DNA of 64,000 nt from an uncultured Candidatus Nitrosopelagicus sp. (GTDB lineage: Archaea > Thermoproteota > Nitrososphaeria > Nitrososphaerales > Nitrosopumilaceae): contig CAZEES010000003.1 of the NCBI GenBank assembly GCA_964511265.1, positions 836-64,835 on the forward strand. Direction: 5' to 3'. A model generated the notes under the pieces. That model was not told the origin of the DNA, made no database searches, and saw only the letters and a program-made list of their open reading frames with translations. Of this stretch, positions 38,790 through 49,016 are shown piece after piece (the first letter of the stretch is position 1; every line of letters starts with the position of its first letter). Position numbers and translations under genes: made by a program.

Positions 38790-39242
38790 TTGTCAAAAGA
38801 TATGAGAAAAAAAATGCAGGTTTCTATTACAAAGTCTGAAAAACGAAACGTTACAAAATCAACTAAAAAAATTGTAAGTAATTTTAAAACAGAGATTGAT
38901 CAATACTATGATGAAAATGGATTTGTTTCGTTTTCTGCAAAGAGTAAAAAATACATAATTTTAGGAACAAATTCTCCAAAAGAAGGAATATGTGAGTGTC
39001 CAGAATGTCATATAGGACAGTTATCAGTCATAAAATCAATCACAACAAAGAAACGATTCATAGGATGTACGAATTATCAAAATGGCTGTAAGGCATCAGC
39101 CCCACTTTTACAAAAGGCAATGCTAAAAGTTCTAAAAACTAAATGTCCGGAATGTCAATGGCCTACCGTAATTTTCAGGTATACAAGAAAACAAGAGTGG
39201 AGAAGGCAATGCGCAAACATGAAATGTAAAACTAGATCTTAA
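38790..39242 (+). CDS. Stand-alone topoisomerase IA-type Zn-ribbon protein
   Basis: CPECHIGQL...RFIGCTNYQNGC...CPEC...CANMKC. Confidence 0.75.
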   Translation: MSKDMRKKMQVSITKSEKRNVTKSTKKIVSNFKTEIDQYYDENGFVSFSAKSKKYIILGTNSPKEGICECPECHIGQLSVIKSITTKKRFIGCTNYQNGCKASAPLLQKAMLKVLKTKCPECQWPTVIFRYTRKQEWRRQCANMKCKTRS

Positions 39243-40041
39243 AATCAGAGTAGATGTCTGTTCGTCTATTTTTTAGTAGTGGAAGTTTTTTTCTAACTTC
39301 ATGAACCTTATCCAAAGAGATGTTAACATAACCAATTCCCTGTCGCTTTTTCATATCAAGTAAGATACGGCCATATGGATCAATTGCTAGACTTCGTCCT
39401 GAATAGACATGCCCTAGATGATCAGGCGCTATTACATAACATCCATTTTCAATTGCACGAGATTTGTTTAATGTTAACCAATGTTCTTCCTTCATAGGAC
39501 CATTCACCCATGCAGATGGTGCAACTAAAACTTCTGTGCCAGATGATGCTAGTGCCCTTGACATTTCCGGGAATCGTAAATCATAGCAAATGAGCATTCC
39601 AATTTTTCCAACGGAAGTTTTTGTAGGCAAGGGTATTACAGAACCAGATGACATTTTATCAGATTCTTTAAAACCCAAAGCATCGTAAAGATGGATTTTT
39701 CTATATTTTCCTGTAACTTCTCCTTTTTTGTTAATGACAAATGATGTGTCATACACACGATCTTTTTTTCTACTTTTTTCATACATTGTACCAACAATAC
39801 TGATTGAGTGTTGCTTTGCAGATCCTGCAACAGCAGAAACAAATTCTCCATTTATTGTTTCAGCTTCGTGTGCAACTTGTTTTGCTGTTTGTGTTGATGG
39901 AGTGTAAAACATCATGTATTCGGGGAAGGTAACCATGTCAGCATTGTTCTTTGCTGCTTGTTTTATGTAGTCTAGAATTTTTGGAAGATTTTTTTTCTTA
40001 TCAGTTGATGCTTTAAACTGAACAATTGCAATCTTTGACAT
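39232..40041 (-). CDS. Carbon-nitrogen hydrolase (Nit1/amidase-like)
   Basis: FPE, YRKIHLYD, ICYDLRFPE catalytic triad; RAIENG. Confidence 0.93.
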   Translation of the reverse strand: MSKIAIVQFKASTDKKKNLPKILDYIKQAAKNNADMVTFPEYMMFYTPSTQTAKQVAHEAETINGEFVSAVAGSAKQHSISIVGTMYEKSRKKDRVYDTSFVINKKGEVTGKYRKIHLYDALGFKESDKMSSGSVIPLPTKTSVGKIGMLICYDLRFPEMSRALASSGTEVLVAPSAWVNGPMKEEHWLTLNKSRAIENGCYVIAPDHLGHVYSGRSLAIDPYGRILLDMKKRQGIGYVNISLDKVHEVRKKLPLLKNRRTDIYSDFKI

Positions 40042-40076
40042 GATTTATGTAAAAAATATTAAAATAAAAAGATAGA

Positions 40077-40253
40077 TTAGAGTTGTTTTCCTGCAAGGAA
40101 CCAGTTCTCTTTTGGATTTTCGTCAAAGACAATGATCACATGATCTTCTTTTGTTTTTAGAATTTCAACTGCAGATTTTGTGATAGCCTTTGCAAATTCC
40201 TGTTTTTGTTCTTCAGAACGTCCAGGATATAGTGATACCTGTATGTACGGCAT
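40077..40253 (-). CDS. 4-oxalocrotonate tautomerase family (58 aa, not in ORF track)
   Basis: MPYIQVSLYPGRSEEQKQEFAKAITKSAVEILKTKEDHVIIVFDENPKENWFLAGKQL; Pro1 and GRS.EQK. Confidence 0.9.
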   Translation of the reverse strand: MPYIQVSLYPGRSEEQKQEFAKAITKSAVEILKTKEDHVIIVFDENPKENWFLAGKQL

Positions 40254-40291
40254 GAATTGAAATCATATCTATGATAATTTAATTGATTGAA

Positions 40292-41062
40292 TCAACGCCA
40301 ATCACCTTTGTATCCATACCTAGAACCGTAGGCATAATCAGATTTGTTAGTTTTCTTATAGAAATAACCAACTCCTAATCCCAAAAAGAATCCACCAATG
40401 TGTGCCAAAAATGCAACACCGCCACCTGCAACACCAAATCCTCCTATGAAGAATGGTAACAAGTTTTGGAAGATTAGCCAAAATGGTAAGAAGAATTTTG
40501 CAGGAATGTGCATCATTCGCCAGAAAAATCCCAACATAACGAACGTCATGACCTTAGCTCGTGGGAACATTACCAAATATGCACCAAGAATTCCAGCAAT
40601 TGCACCAGATGCACCAACTGCAGGAATTCCGCTTCCTGCATCACCATAAATGTGAATTAACCCTGCACCGACTCCCCACATTAGATAAATTCCAATGTAT
40701 TTGACTCTACCAAACTTGGCTTCAATGTTGTCACCAAAGATCCACAGAAACAACATGTTTCCTCCAAGATGCATTATTCCTCCATGCATGAATGTCGAGG
40801 TAATCAGAGTAATTTCAGGAATTGCAGGACAATTAATAATTTCAGCACCGGTATTGATTCCATCAATCTGACCTGTAACACATCCTGGAACTGCACCCCA
40901 AGTCAGAAACATGTTCATTGCTTCATAATTTGAAAACTCGATAAATTGTCCAGTAATTGAAACCTCAATTCCAAATACTATAACGTTCATAATGATTAGC
41001 GCAATTGTTAGTTTTGGTTTAAATCCTGGCGGATGTGGATTTTCATCTCTTAATGGAAGCAT
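40292..41062 (-). CDS. Rhomboid intramembrane serine protease
   Basis: HLGGNMLFLWIFG, VGASGAI, AHIGGF. Confidence 0.95.
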   Translation of the reverse strand: MLPLRDENPHPPGFKPKLTIALIIMNVIVFGIEVSITGQFIEFSNYEAMNMFLTWGAVPGCVTGQIDGINTGAEIINCPAIPEITLITSTFMHGGIMHLGGNMLFLWIFGDNIEAKFGRVKYIGIYLMWGVGAGLIHIYGDAGSGIPAVGASGAIAGILGAYLVMFPRAKVMTFVMLGFFWRMMHIPAKFFLPFWLIFQNLLPFFIGGFGVAGGGVAFLAHIGGFFLGLGVGYFYKKTNKSDYAYGSRYGYKGDWR

Positions 41063-41104
41063 GAATCAATCTGATTGTGTTTAATTTGTATAAGAATTTT
41101 CAGT

Positions 41105-42757
41105 CTAGACTGCAATTATTCCTTCTTTAATGAGGAATTGAATTCCGGATGCAAATGTATTATCGTCTATTTGACCGTCAGCCCACCATGCAGCATTATT
41201 TCTGACCCAATCAGGAATTGTTGCATTTTCATTTTGTGCACCACTTCCAGTGGTTGGTACAGAAATAATTCCTTGTTTTATCATAAATTCAATTCCGGAT
41301 GCAAATGTATTATCGTCAATTTCACCATTTGACCACCATTTTGCATTGTTCTTTACCCAATCAGGAATACTAACAGATTGTTCTGCAGATGGAGTTGGGG
41401 TAAATGAGCTACTAGTAGATACACCTACTTCAAACATCTGAGATGTTTGTATAAATTCATCATAATTAGAAAAGCCCTCTCCAGTCAATACCAAATTCAG
41501 AGTATACATGCCATCGTCAGGTATTGTTATCAAATGTGTGGCAATTCCTTCTATTGATTTTACACCTACAAATTGTTCAGGAGTATCACCAGTAACCAAA
41601 TTAAATTGATTGCCTTGTGGATCAACTAGACCAAATGCATAGATTACATCTTTTACCAAACCTCCATTATTATCAAAGAAGGAAAACTCAAATGGAATTT
41701 CGTCTCCAATTCCATATTTAGAATCCCAAGCAATAATTGCTGTATAGCCATTATCAAATGACATATCAAATGAATTTTTTTCAGTATTGCCTTGTGGAAT
41801 TAATTCAAAGTTCATTGTCTTAGAAGATTCATGAGATGGACCCAAAACTTCGTTAATTCTCTGTAATTCAGTTCCAGTTACTAAAAAGTGAACAATATTT
41901 TCAGTCTCAGATGAATATGGATCCATTATCAGAACTCTTTGATCAACTTCAATGCCATCTACATAACCCTTGAATGATGTTTCAGTACTGTATGGATCAA
42001 ATGATTTTGGAACCCGAATCTCTTCATGAACCATTTGAACTAATTCTACATATTCAGGTGCCCAATCAAAAGGCATGTCGAACGATATGGCGTTATTACT
42101 TTGAGCATATGTGAAATTTTCTATGTCGTCATAATAGGTTTTTACTGTTACAGGAATTTCTGCTGCTGCAGTTTTGATAAAGAAATTTTGATCTTGGGCA
42201 ACACTAACGAAAGTATCAAAGTTTAGTGGTTCAGCTACTAATGTTCTAGGACTTGTAGCACCTTCAATTGAAACTTTGACATTATACAATCCGCCTTTTT
42301 CAAAGATTGGACCATCAATAATTGGTACACTGTCACCTCGTGCAAACAATCCACCAGCTGTACTATGGACTTCACCATAATATTGAGTACACTTCCAAGG
42401 CTTTGCCTCATAACAATCAGTTTGTGGTCTGACCTCAACATTTAGTGTACCATCTTGATCATAGAAATAATTTCTAGCTAAAAGATCTCCACTTCTCCAG
42501 ATTTCAACACGATAAGTAACTTGTTCTAAATTTTGATCAGTTAATGTGTCGTAAAAACGAATTGCAATATTTGCAGAATCAACTTCACCTGCAGTCATAT
42601 CAGAAGGGTCTAACTGAGTAAACACAGTGACTTGCATGCCACCAAAACTAATTGGAGGTGCAGCATCGCCACCTAAACCATGACCAAATGCATCTTCACT
42701 TAGAAATGGCAAAGTAACAAAGATAGCTGCAATGAATAATAGACTTGTATAGTACAA
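41105..42757 (-). CDS. Secreted surface protein with two C-terminal IPxWVKNNA-WW modules
   Basis: Signal peptide ...DAFG-HG; paralog of 49017-50567. Confidence 0.8.
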   Translation of the reverse strand: MYYTSLLFIAAIFVTLPFLSEDAFGHGLGGDAAPPISFGGMQVTVFTQLDPSDMTAGEVDSANIAIRFYDTLTDQNLEQVTYRVEIWRSGDLLARNYFYDQDGTLNVEVRPQTDCYEAKPWKCTQYYGEVHSTAGGLFARGDSVPIIDGPIFEKGGLYNVKVSIEGATSPRTLVAEPLNFDTFVSVAQDQNFFIKTAAAEIPVTVKTYYDDIENFTYAQSNNAISFDMPFDWAPEYVELVQMVHEEIRVPKSFDPYSTETSFKGYVDGIEVDQRVLIMDPYSSETENIVHFLVTGTELQRINEVLGPSHESSKTMNFELIPQGNTEKNSFDMSFDNGYTAIIAWDSKYGIGDEIPFEFSFFDNNGGLVKDVIYAFGLVDPQGNQFNLVTGDTPEQFVGVKSIEGIATHLITIPDDGMYTLNLVLTGEGFSNYDEFIQTSQMFEVGVSTSSSFTPTPSAEQSVSIPDWVKNNAKWWSNGEIDDNTFASGIEFMIKQGIISVPTTGSGAQNENATIPDWVRNNAAWWADGQIDDNTFASGIQFLIKEGIIAV

Positions 42758-42852
42758 TTATCATTTTTAGCTGTAAAGCACCTATTAATGATTCGATGAA
42801 TTTTCACATGTGTTACGAGATGATTTTTATATTATCTCACAAAATTCACGTT

Positions 42853-43677
42853 ATGAAATATTTTCTGGGCTTGATGTTACTTCCATTATTGTTAACGCCT
42901 GCTTTTGCCGAAAGTGCAGAAGACTTTGATCAAGTTTTACCTTCAGAAAATGATACATTAAACATTGGATTATCAGTAGTCCCTCATGCAGAAGCTAACT
43001 CAGTGTCAAAATTGCACATTGGATGGATAAAGCCAGGATTCAACAAGATTCAAGAGCATATTGATTACAAAATTACAGTCATCAAAGATGGTCAGAACAT
43101 CTTTGGGCCAATTCCACTTACACATACATCTTTGGGAACGGTAAAAATTCCTGTAGAGTTTACGTCAGAAGGGGAACATCAAGTAAAAATTGAGATGGAA
43201 GGAATTTTGTTCCAACCAATCCCATTAGAAACTACATACTTTACAATTAACGTTGGAGGAGAAAAGACTACTCAACCAGTACAAGAGAACGAGAACGAAG
43301 GAGGAGGATGTTTAATTGCAACTGCGGCATTTGGTTCAGAAATGGCACCACAGGTTCAACAACTTAGAGAAATTCGTGACAATGTTGTGATGCAAACAAA
43401 CTCAGGAAAATCTTTCATGACAGGATTCAATCAAGTTTACTATTCGTTCTCACCATATGTTGCTGACTATGAAAGAGAAAATCCACTATTCAAAGAAATT
43501 GTCAAAGTAACATTAACACCAATGCTAACATCATTTACAATTTTGGCTCATGTTCCAGTTGACACAGAACAAGAAATGCTAGGTTATGGAATTGGCGTTA
43601 TACTACTAAACATTGGAATGTACTTTGTCGCGCCAGCAGTATTGTTTACAGCAATCAAAAAGAAACTTGGAAAGTAG
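42853..43677 (+). CDS. Secreted protein with CFI-box-CTERM-like domain
   Basis: Signal peptide MKYFLG...AFA; GGCLIATAAFGSE; C-terminal TM. Confidence 0.8.
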   Translation: MKYFLGLMLLPLLLTPAFAESAEDFDQVLPSENDTLNIGLSVVPHAEANSVSKLHIGWIKPGFNKIQEHIDYKITVIKDGQNIFGPIPLTHTSLGTVKIPVEFTSEGEHQVKIEMEGILFQPIPLETTYFTINVGGEKTTQPVQENENEGGGCLIATAAFGSEMAPQVQQLREIRDNVVMQTNSGKSFMTGFNQVYYSFSPYVADYERENPLFKEIVKVTLTPMLTSFTILAHVPVDTEQEMLGYGIGVILLNIGMYFVAPAVLFTAIKKKLGK

Positions 43678-43679
43678 AA

Positions 43680-44327
43680 TTATTTTCTCTTTGCAAATGA
43701 TGCAATAGCAATTACAATTCCTATGATACCTAATCCTATTGCAACGTAGCTTAACATAGAAGTGTCATTTGATGGTTGATCTTTTAATTCATTTACGGTT
43801 TGTTGTAATTCTCTAATATCACCACGTAAATCATTAATTTCACGCTCAAAATCTCCAGATTCCACAATAGTTGATTCAACAGGAGGGAATTGCAAAACTT
43901 CTTGCTCTTCAACTTTTAGTGGATGTAATGCCAAGTTGACATTTTGTTCATTGATTTTTCCAAGAAAGTTTAGTTGCGACCAACCAGAAAATGTTGGTGT
44001 GATTGGCGATTCGTATTTACCTGAAATATCTGTTGGTTGTAATGGAAGTGTTATAGATTCAGTTTCAACAACTAGTTGTATCTTCAAAGTTTTTCTTAAA
44101 CCATCGATTCCTTTTTCAGGATCAAATGGCTGATCTGCAGCCTCCTTACTTGTGTCCATTTCACTAACATAAACAATTATGGCATTTGACTCGCCAGTAA
44201 CTATTGGCTTGTTTTTCCAGTCAATCTCAATTCTGTAATCTCCTACCGAGTCAGATTGGTGGGCAAATACACTACTAAGGAATAAAGGAGATATCAAAAG
44301 AATTACAATTATGGATACACTTTTCAC
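43680..44327 (-). CDS. Secreted, C-terminally anchored His1 protein
   Basis: VFA-HQSD, coiled coil, TM, KRK tail; paralog of 45473-46123. Confidence 0.75.
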   Translation of the reverse strand: MKSVSIIVILLISPLFLSSVFAHQSDSVGDYRIEIDWKNKPIVTGESNAIIVYVSEMDTSKEAADQPFDPEKGIDGLRKTLKIQLVVETESITLPLQPTDISGKYESPITPTFSGWSQLNFLGKINEQNVNLALHPLKVEEQEVLQFPPVESTIVESGDFEREINDLRGDIRELQQTVNELKDQPSNDTSMLSYVAIGLGIIGIVIAIASFAKRK

Positions 44328-44434
44328 AGTATTTTCAGAGAATTGTTTGAATAAAAATCAAGGTAGTACATTTATCGATAAAATAGGCATGAATCTGGAG
44401 ATCATTTTTATTGTCCAAATTTGGAATTTACCTA

Positions 44435-45304
44435 ATGAATAACAAGACTCTAAGTTCCTTATTCGTTCTTTTTGCAATTGTTTCAATCGGAATGACTGCA
44501 GCACCTGGTGCATTTGCTGAACACTCAATGAATGCAACAGTAGAGAACGCACAAGGTTCTTCGTCTCCGGGATGTGAACCAGATTGTTTCATCCCAGCTA
44601 CAGTTACCATTGGTGTTGGCGGTCAAGTTACATTTGCTAACAACGATAATGCAGCACACACATCTACAGCTGGAAGTCCAGCAGATGGACCAAGTGGGGT
44701 ATGGGACAGCTCATTAGTTATGGTTGGACAATCATACACAACTCCACCACTAGATGCAGGAGAATATCCTTACTTTTGCATGGTTCACCCATGGATGGTA
44801 GGATTGGTAATTGTTGAAGAAGAAAGTCATGACGATCACGGTGATGAACACGCTGAAGAAGCAGAAGATCATAGTGGTATGGAAATGCAAACACTAACTG
44901 CAGCAGATATTGCAATTAGTGTAAATGATGGTGCAAAAGCAGGTGAGAAAGTAGCAATTGACGTAACAATTAGCGGTGAACACGTTAACTATGATATTGT
45001 TGCAACTCACAATGGTGAAACAATCCTAGATGAGAGTGGCAATCATTCACATACAGGAGAAGGTAGTCACACTACATCAGCACTCAGTGCAGATGCATCT
45101 GATGACAACCCAATTGATGTTACAGTAACATTCCAAGGATTTGGTATGCCAGGTGACGACAAGACAGGTCCAATTGGATTAACAAACACAGCACAAGCAG
45201 TTCCAGAATTTGGTGCAATAGCAGCAGTGATTCTTGCAGTAGCAATTGTTTCAATAATTGCAGTATCAGCAAAATCAAGACTTAGCTTTATGCCAAGACT
45301 CTAG
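44435..45304 (+). CDS. Blue-copper (type 1) protein with His-rich linker and PEFG-CTERM anchor
   Basis: AAHT, YFCMVHPWM, SHDDHGDEH, VPEFGAIAAVIL. Confidence 0.92.
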   Translation: MNNKTLSSLFVLFAIVSIGMTAAPGAFAEHSMNATVENAQGSSSPGCEPDCFIPATVTIGVGGQVTFANNDNAAHTSTAGSPADGPSGVWDSSLVMVGQSYTTPPLDAGEYPYFCMVHPWMVGLVIVEEESHDDHGDEHAEEAEDHSGMEMQTLTAADIAISVNDGAKAGEKVAIDVTISGEHVNYDIVATHNGETILDESGNHSHTGEGSHTTSALSADASDDNPIDVTVTFQGFGMPGDDKTGPIGLTNTAQAVPEFGAIAAVILAVAIVSIIAVSAKSRLSFMPRL

Positions 45305-45310
45305 ACAAGA

Positions 45311-45338
45311 CTTTTTTTCCTTTTATTTTTATTTTTTA
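45311..45338 (+). terminator. U-tract terminator of the PEFG cupredoxin gene
   Basis: Long T-rich tract right after the stop codon. Confidence 0.6.
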
Positions 45339-45396
45339 TCTAGTACAACTGTAGTATGTACCAATTTGTATAATAATGAAAAGTGTAGAAACAAAG

Positions 45397-45474
45397 TGAT
45401 AGACAGTTCCCTTAACGTGTCATAAGATAGGAACTTCATCGTCTAACCAGAAATTCTGTCTATCAGTTTTTTTT
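45397..45474 (+). ncRNA. Candidate structured small RNA
   Basis: Perfect 10-bp terminal stem, inner hairpin, upstream TATA-like box and downstream T8; strand not certain. Confidence 0.45.
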
Positions 45475-46123
45475 ATTTTCGACGAATCATAGCAATTACA
45501 GCTAAGATTACACCAGCCGCGCCTAAGCACAAACCAAATACACCAAAGTTGTAAGCATTTTGTATATCTACACCACCTGCAGTAAGACTGACATCACCAA
45601 CATTTGATTTTAGATTTGAGACGTCCTTTTGCAATGAGGATAATGCATTTTTTACTGCGCCTATTTCGCCTGCAGAAGATGATCCACTAACTGGTGGAAA
45701 TGCAATGACTGATTGACTCTCAACATCTTCAATAGGAATAACAGCATCAATTGCTAAGCCGTTAAGTTCACCTACTAATTTTACAGACATTGAACCTGTT
45801 TTAGTTGGTAAAATTTTTGCATAGTAATGTCCAGGTCTTGGATCAGAATTAATGTCAAGTGTTTTAGTTGCACCACCTGAGATTAGAGTTGCAGTCATGC
45901 TTTTGAAAGCACTGTTAATTCCTGTTCGAAGACCTTCTTTTTCTCCAGATTCAGCCACTTCAACAACAATAGTATTAGGTAATCCAACTACTGGAGGTTC
46001 ATCTCCCCAGCCAGCCTCAATCTCATATTGTTCAATATGGATAGTAGTATGCGCAAATGCAGAAGACATTCCAAATCCGGATATCAAGAGCATACTCAAA
46101 AAGAGAAAAGATTTTTTCAACAT
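45473..46123 (-). CDS. Secreted, C-terminally anchored His1 protein
   Basis: AFA-HTTIH, GWGDEPP, coiled coil, TM, RRK tail. Confidence 0.78.
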   Translation of the reverse strand: MLKKSFLFLSMLLISGFGMSSAFAHTTIHIEQYEIEAGWGDEPPVVGLPNTIVVEVAESGEKEGLRTGINSAFKSMTATLISGGATKTLDINSDPRPGHYYAKILPTKTGSMSVKLVGELNGLAIDAVIPIEDVESQSVIAFPPVSGSSSAGEIGAVKNALSSLQKDVSNLKSNVGDVSLTAGGVDIQNAYNFGVFGLCLGAAGVILAVIAMIRRK

Positions 46124-46218
46124 GTTTTATTTCAATTCTTACATTATTATCTTTACTAAAATAGTACAACTTTAAAACACGTATTTCTTTAAATTACAAG
46201 AATGCAGATTTCATATTA

Positions 46219-48990
46219 TTGAATAAAATTTGGATTCTTCCAGTCATAATATTTTTTTTAGGATTTCCTCTAGCCAGTGCACACCCATTTTTGTTAGATT
46301 CTGAACCAGGACAAGGACAAAATGTGCCAGCAGGCACTACCCAAATCATTACAAATTATTCCGAAGCAGTTGAAATTGATTTTTCTGAATTAAAAGTGTA
46401 TGACGCAAATGGAAATCAGATAGACAATAGAGACACCATGTATAATGACGGAGAGACGTCACTTGTTGTTACAACATCACCCCTTGAAGATGGGGTTTAT
46501 ACAATAACTAGCAAAGTTTTATCAAAAGTTGATGGTCATCTAGTTCAAGCAGCAATAGTTTTCGGAGTTGGAGATGTAAAAATTGATTCATCATTACTAG
46601 AAAAACAACAAAGTTCAGAGACTACATTTATTCCAGAATCAGTTGCTAGATTTCCCGGATTAGTGGGACAAACAATAATTCTTGGAGGAGTAATAGTTTC
46701 AATTACGATCTGGTCATCACAGCAAACTAGATTTAGAGAAGTTTTTAGTGACATAAATGAACAATTCAAAATAAAATTTTCAAAGATTATTGGATATGGA
46801 GTGATTGCTACATTTGCATCAAATTTTATAATGCTTGGAGTTCAGACATGGAGATTAGAAGTTTCACCATTAGATGTTATTGGAACTACATTTGGTACAA
46901 CGTGGCTAATTCGAATGATCATTACCATCATCATTATTGGAATTTGGTTTTGGATGGAAAAGAAAAAAGAGATTACAATGAAAGGACAAATTCCTTTGTT
47001 AGTAGTATCACTAATTTTGATTGCTACAACTACAATGATGGGACATGGAGCATCGACTGAATTACAAGCACCATGGGTTTTGGATTATGCTCACAATTTG
47101 TTGTCATCAATCTGGATTGGCGGAGTGATATTTTTTGCCTTTGTTGTACTCCCCACAATTACAAAAGCTGATAATTCTACGAAAGAGAAAATTGCACTAA
47201 GTTTGATTCCAAGATTTTCAGGATTATTCATCATAGCAATTGGGATTTTAATCATAACAGGCCCAACTTTGCTATGGTTCTTAGATGATAACGTATCATC
47301 CCTTACAGATTCAACATATGGCAAGTTAATTTTAATCAAGATTGGAATTGCCGCCATAATGATAGCGTTTGGCGGATTATACCAAGTGAAGTATTTAGGA
47401 AAGATGAAAGATTTTGAGAAATTAAATATTTCAAGAAAAATTAGCAAGCCACTGAAATTTGAAGCAGGGTTAGGAATTGCATTATTAGCAGTAGTTGCAC
47501 TTTTGGTAAATTCTTCATTGCCTGCTGGAGAGATTCAATCAGCTGATGCGATACAAGGAACGTTTGGTTACGAGTCAGTTTTATTTTCTGAAAATGCAAA
47601 ATTTGATGTTAAAATAGAACCAGCAGGAATTGGTTCAAATACAATTTCAGTTATAGTTTCATCATTTGATGATAAACCGCTTGCAGATATTTCTGGATTG
47701 AAGATCAAAGTTTCAAATCCACAAAAGAACATCTCTCCAATAGGAGCTGAGGTAATTGAGAACGTACAAAATTCAGTCACCAGATATACTGCAGACACAA
47801 CATTTGGATTTGCAGGTAACTGGCAAATTGAGTTAGAAGCTCAAAGAATAGAGACCTCTAATGAAAATGTAATTTTCAACATTCAGATAAAACCATCGCT
47901 AAACGATGTCAGAACAGAGATTACGGAATATGATTTACCTGCAGATGATACTGCACCACTCTTTCCAGTTTATGATGGAAAGAACATTTGGATTTCTGAT
48001 GCACAAAAACCACGTCTATGGAAATTTTCAATAGAAGATGAACAGTTTACATCATACACATTTGATGGAATGACTACAATTTTTATGGACATCGGTAAAG
48101 ATGGGAAGATTTGGTTTACTGACACACCAAATTCAAAAATTGGAAGTTTTGATCCAAAAACTGAGAAATTTGAGACAATCAAATTGCCACAATTTACTTT
48201 GGTGAGTAAAAAATCACTTCCAACCTCAGTTGCAGTCGATAGTGAAGATGATGTTTGGGTTGCAGTCATTGACCGTTCGATAATTTTAGAGTATAACCAA
48301 TCAACTGAGAAATTCAAGATAATGAATACAATCACGCCTGAAGCAGGACCAACTGCATTAGAGATTGATGGTTCAGATAACGTATGGTTTGCCGAATCAC
48401 TGGTAGGAAAACTTGGAAAAATTGATGCAGAAACAAAAGAGATGAGTGAATTTGTTCCACAAACAGAGCCAATGGCAGAACCATTTGCGCTAATGATTGA
48501 TAAAGAAGAAAATATTTGGATTGCGGAGCATATTGGACCTGCAGTAACAAAGTTTAATCCAATCTTAGAAGATTTTCAGAAAGTTCCGATTGCAAATCCA
48601 GAATCATTGCCCTTCGGAATGGCCATTGACAAATATGATAACATGTGGGTAGCACAACACGTCATAGATAGTTTAGTGGTGTATGATCAGAGTAGCGGAC
48701 AGATGACTCAAGTTGCAATACCAACTGAAGGATCATTTACGCAGTTTGTGATTGCAGATGATAATGGAGACATTTGGTTTGTAGAACAACGTGGAGGAAA
48801 ACTTGGTAAAGTTTCAATCAGTGCGGTACCTAGTCAGAGAACAGCAATTCAGGAAGAATCAACTGAAAGTATGATGTATGTTGAATTGGTAGCGCCGATT
48901 ATTGCTGCAGGAATTATTGCCACATCATTATTTTACGTTAAAAGTGTGAGAGATAAGAGAAAAGTTGACGAGATGATCTCCACTAAGTAA
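46219..48990 (+). CDS. CopC-CopD-Ig-like-beta-propeller (Vgb/NHL) fusion, copper uptake/resistance
   Basis: ASA-HPFLLDSEP and DGH (CopC); GHG, HNLLSSIWIGG (CopD); repeated DG.IWFT/DN.W..E blades. Confidence 0.9.
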   Translation: MNKIWILPVIIFFLGFPLASAHPFLLDSEPGQGQNVPAGTTQIITNYSEAVEIDFSELKVYDANGNQIDNRDTMYNDGETSLVVTTSPLEDGVYTITSKVLSKVDGHLVQAAIVFGVGDVKIDSSLLEKQQSSETTFIPESVARFPGLVGQTIILGGVIVSITIWSSQQTRFREVFSDINEQFKIKFSKIIGYGVIATFASNFIMLGVQTWRLEVSPLDVIGTTFGTTWLIRMIITIIIIGIWFWMEKKKEITMKGQIPLLVVSLILIATTTMMGHGASTELQAPWVLDYAHNLLSSIWIGGVIFFAFVVLPTITKADNSTKEKIALSLIPRFSGLFIIAIGILIITGPTLLWFLDDNVSSLTDSTYGKLILIKIGIAAIMIAFGGLYQVKYLGKMKDFEKLNISRKISKPLKFEAGLGIALLAVVALLVNSSLPAGEIQSADAIQGTFGYESVLFSENAKFDVKIEPAGIGSNTISVIVSSFDDKPLADISGLKIKVSNPQKNISPIGAEVIENVQNSVTRYTADTTFGFAGNWQIELEAQRIETSNENVIFNIQIKPSLNDVRTEITEYDLPADDTAPLFPVYDGKNIWISDAQKPRLWKFSIEDEQFTSYTFDGMTTIFMDIGKDGKIWFTDTPNSKIGSFDPKTEKFETIKLPQFTLVSKKSLPTSVAVDSEDDVWVAVIDRSIILEYNQSTEKFKIMNTITPEAGPTALEIDGSDNVWFAESLVGKLGKIDAETKEMSEFVPQTEPMAEPFALMIDKEENIWIAEHIGPAVTKFNPILEDFQKVPIANPESLPFGMAIDKYDNMWVAQHVIDSLVVYDQSSGQMTQVAIPTEGSFTQFVIADDNGDIWFVEQRGGKLGKVSISAVPSQRTAIQEESTESMMYVELVAPIIAAGIIATSLFYVKSVRDKRKVDEMISTK

Positions 48991-49016
48991 AATAAGAGTG
49001 AAATTAATTTCAAAAC

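Noticed and set aside
27428-45465. Hammerhead, C/D-box or riboswitch identity for the two structured elements
   Set aside because: Core motifs (CUGAUGA with GAAA and a proper stem III; paired C and D boxes) are incomplete.
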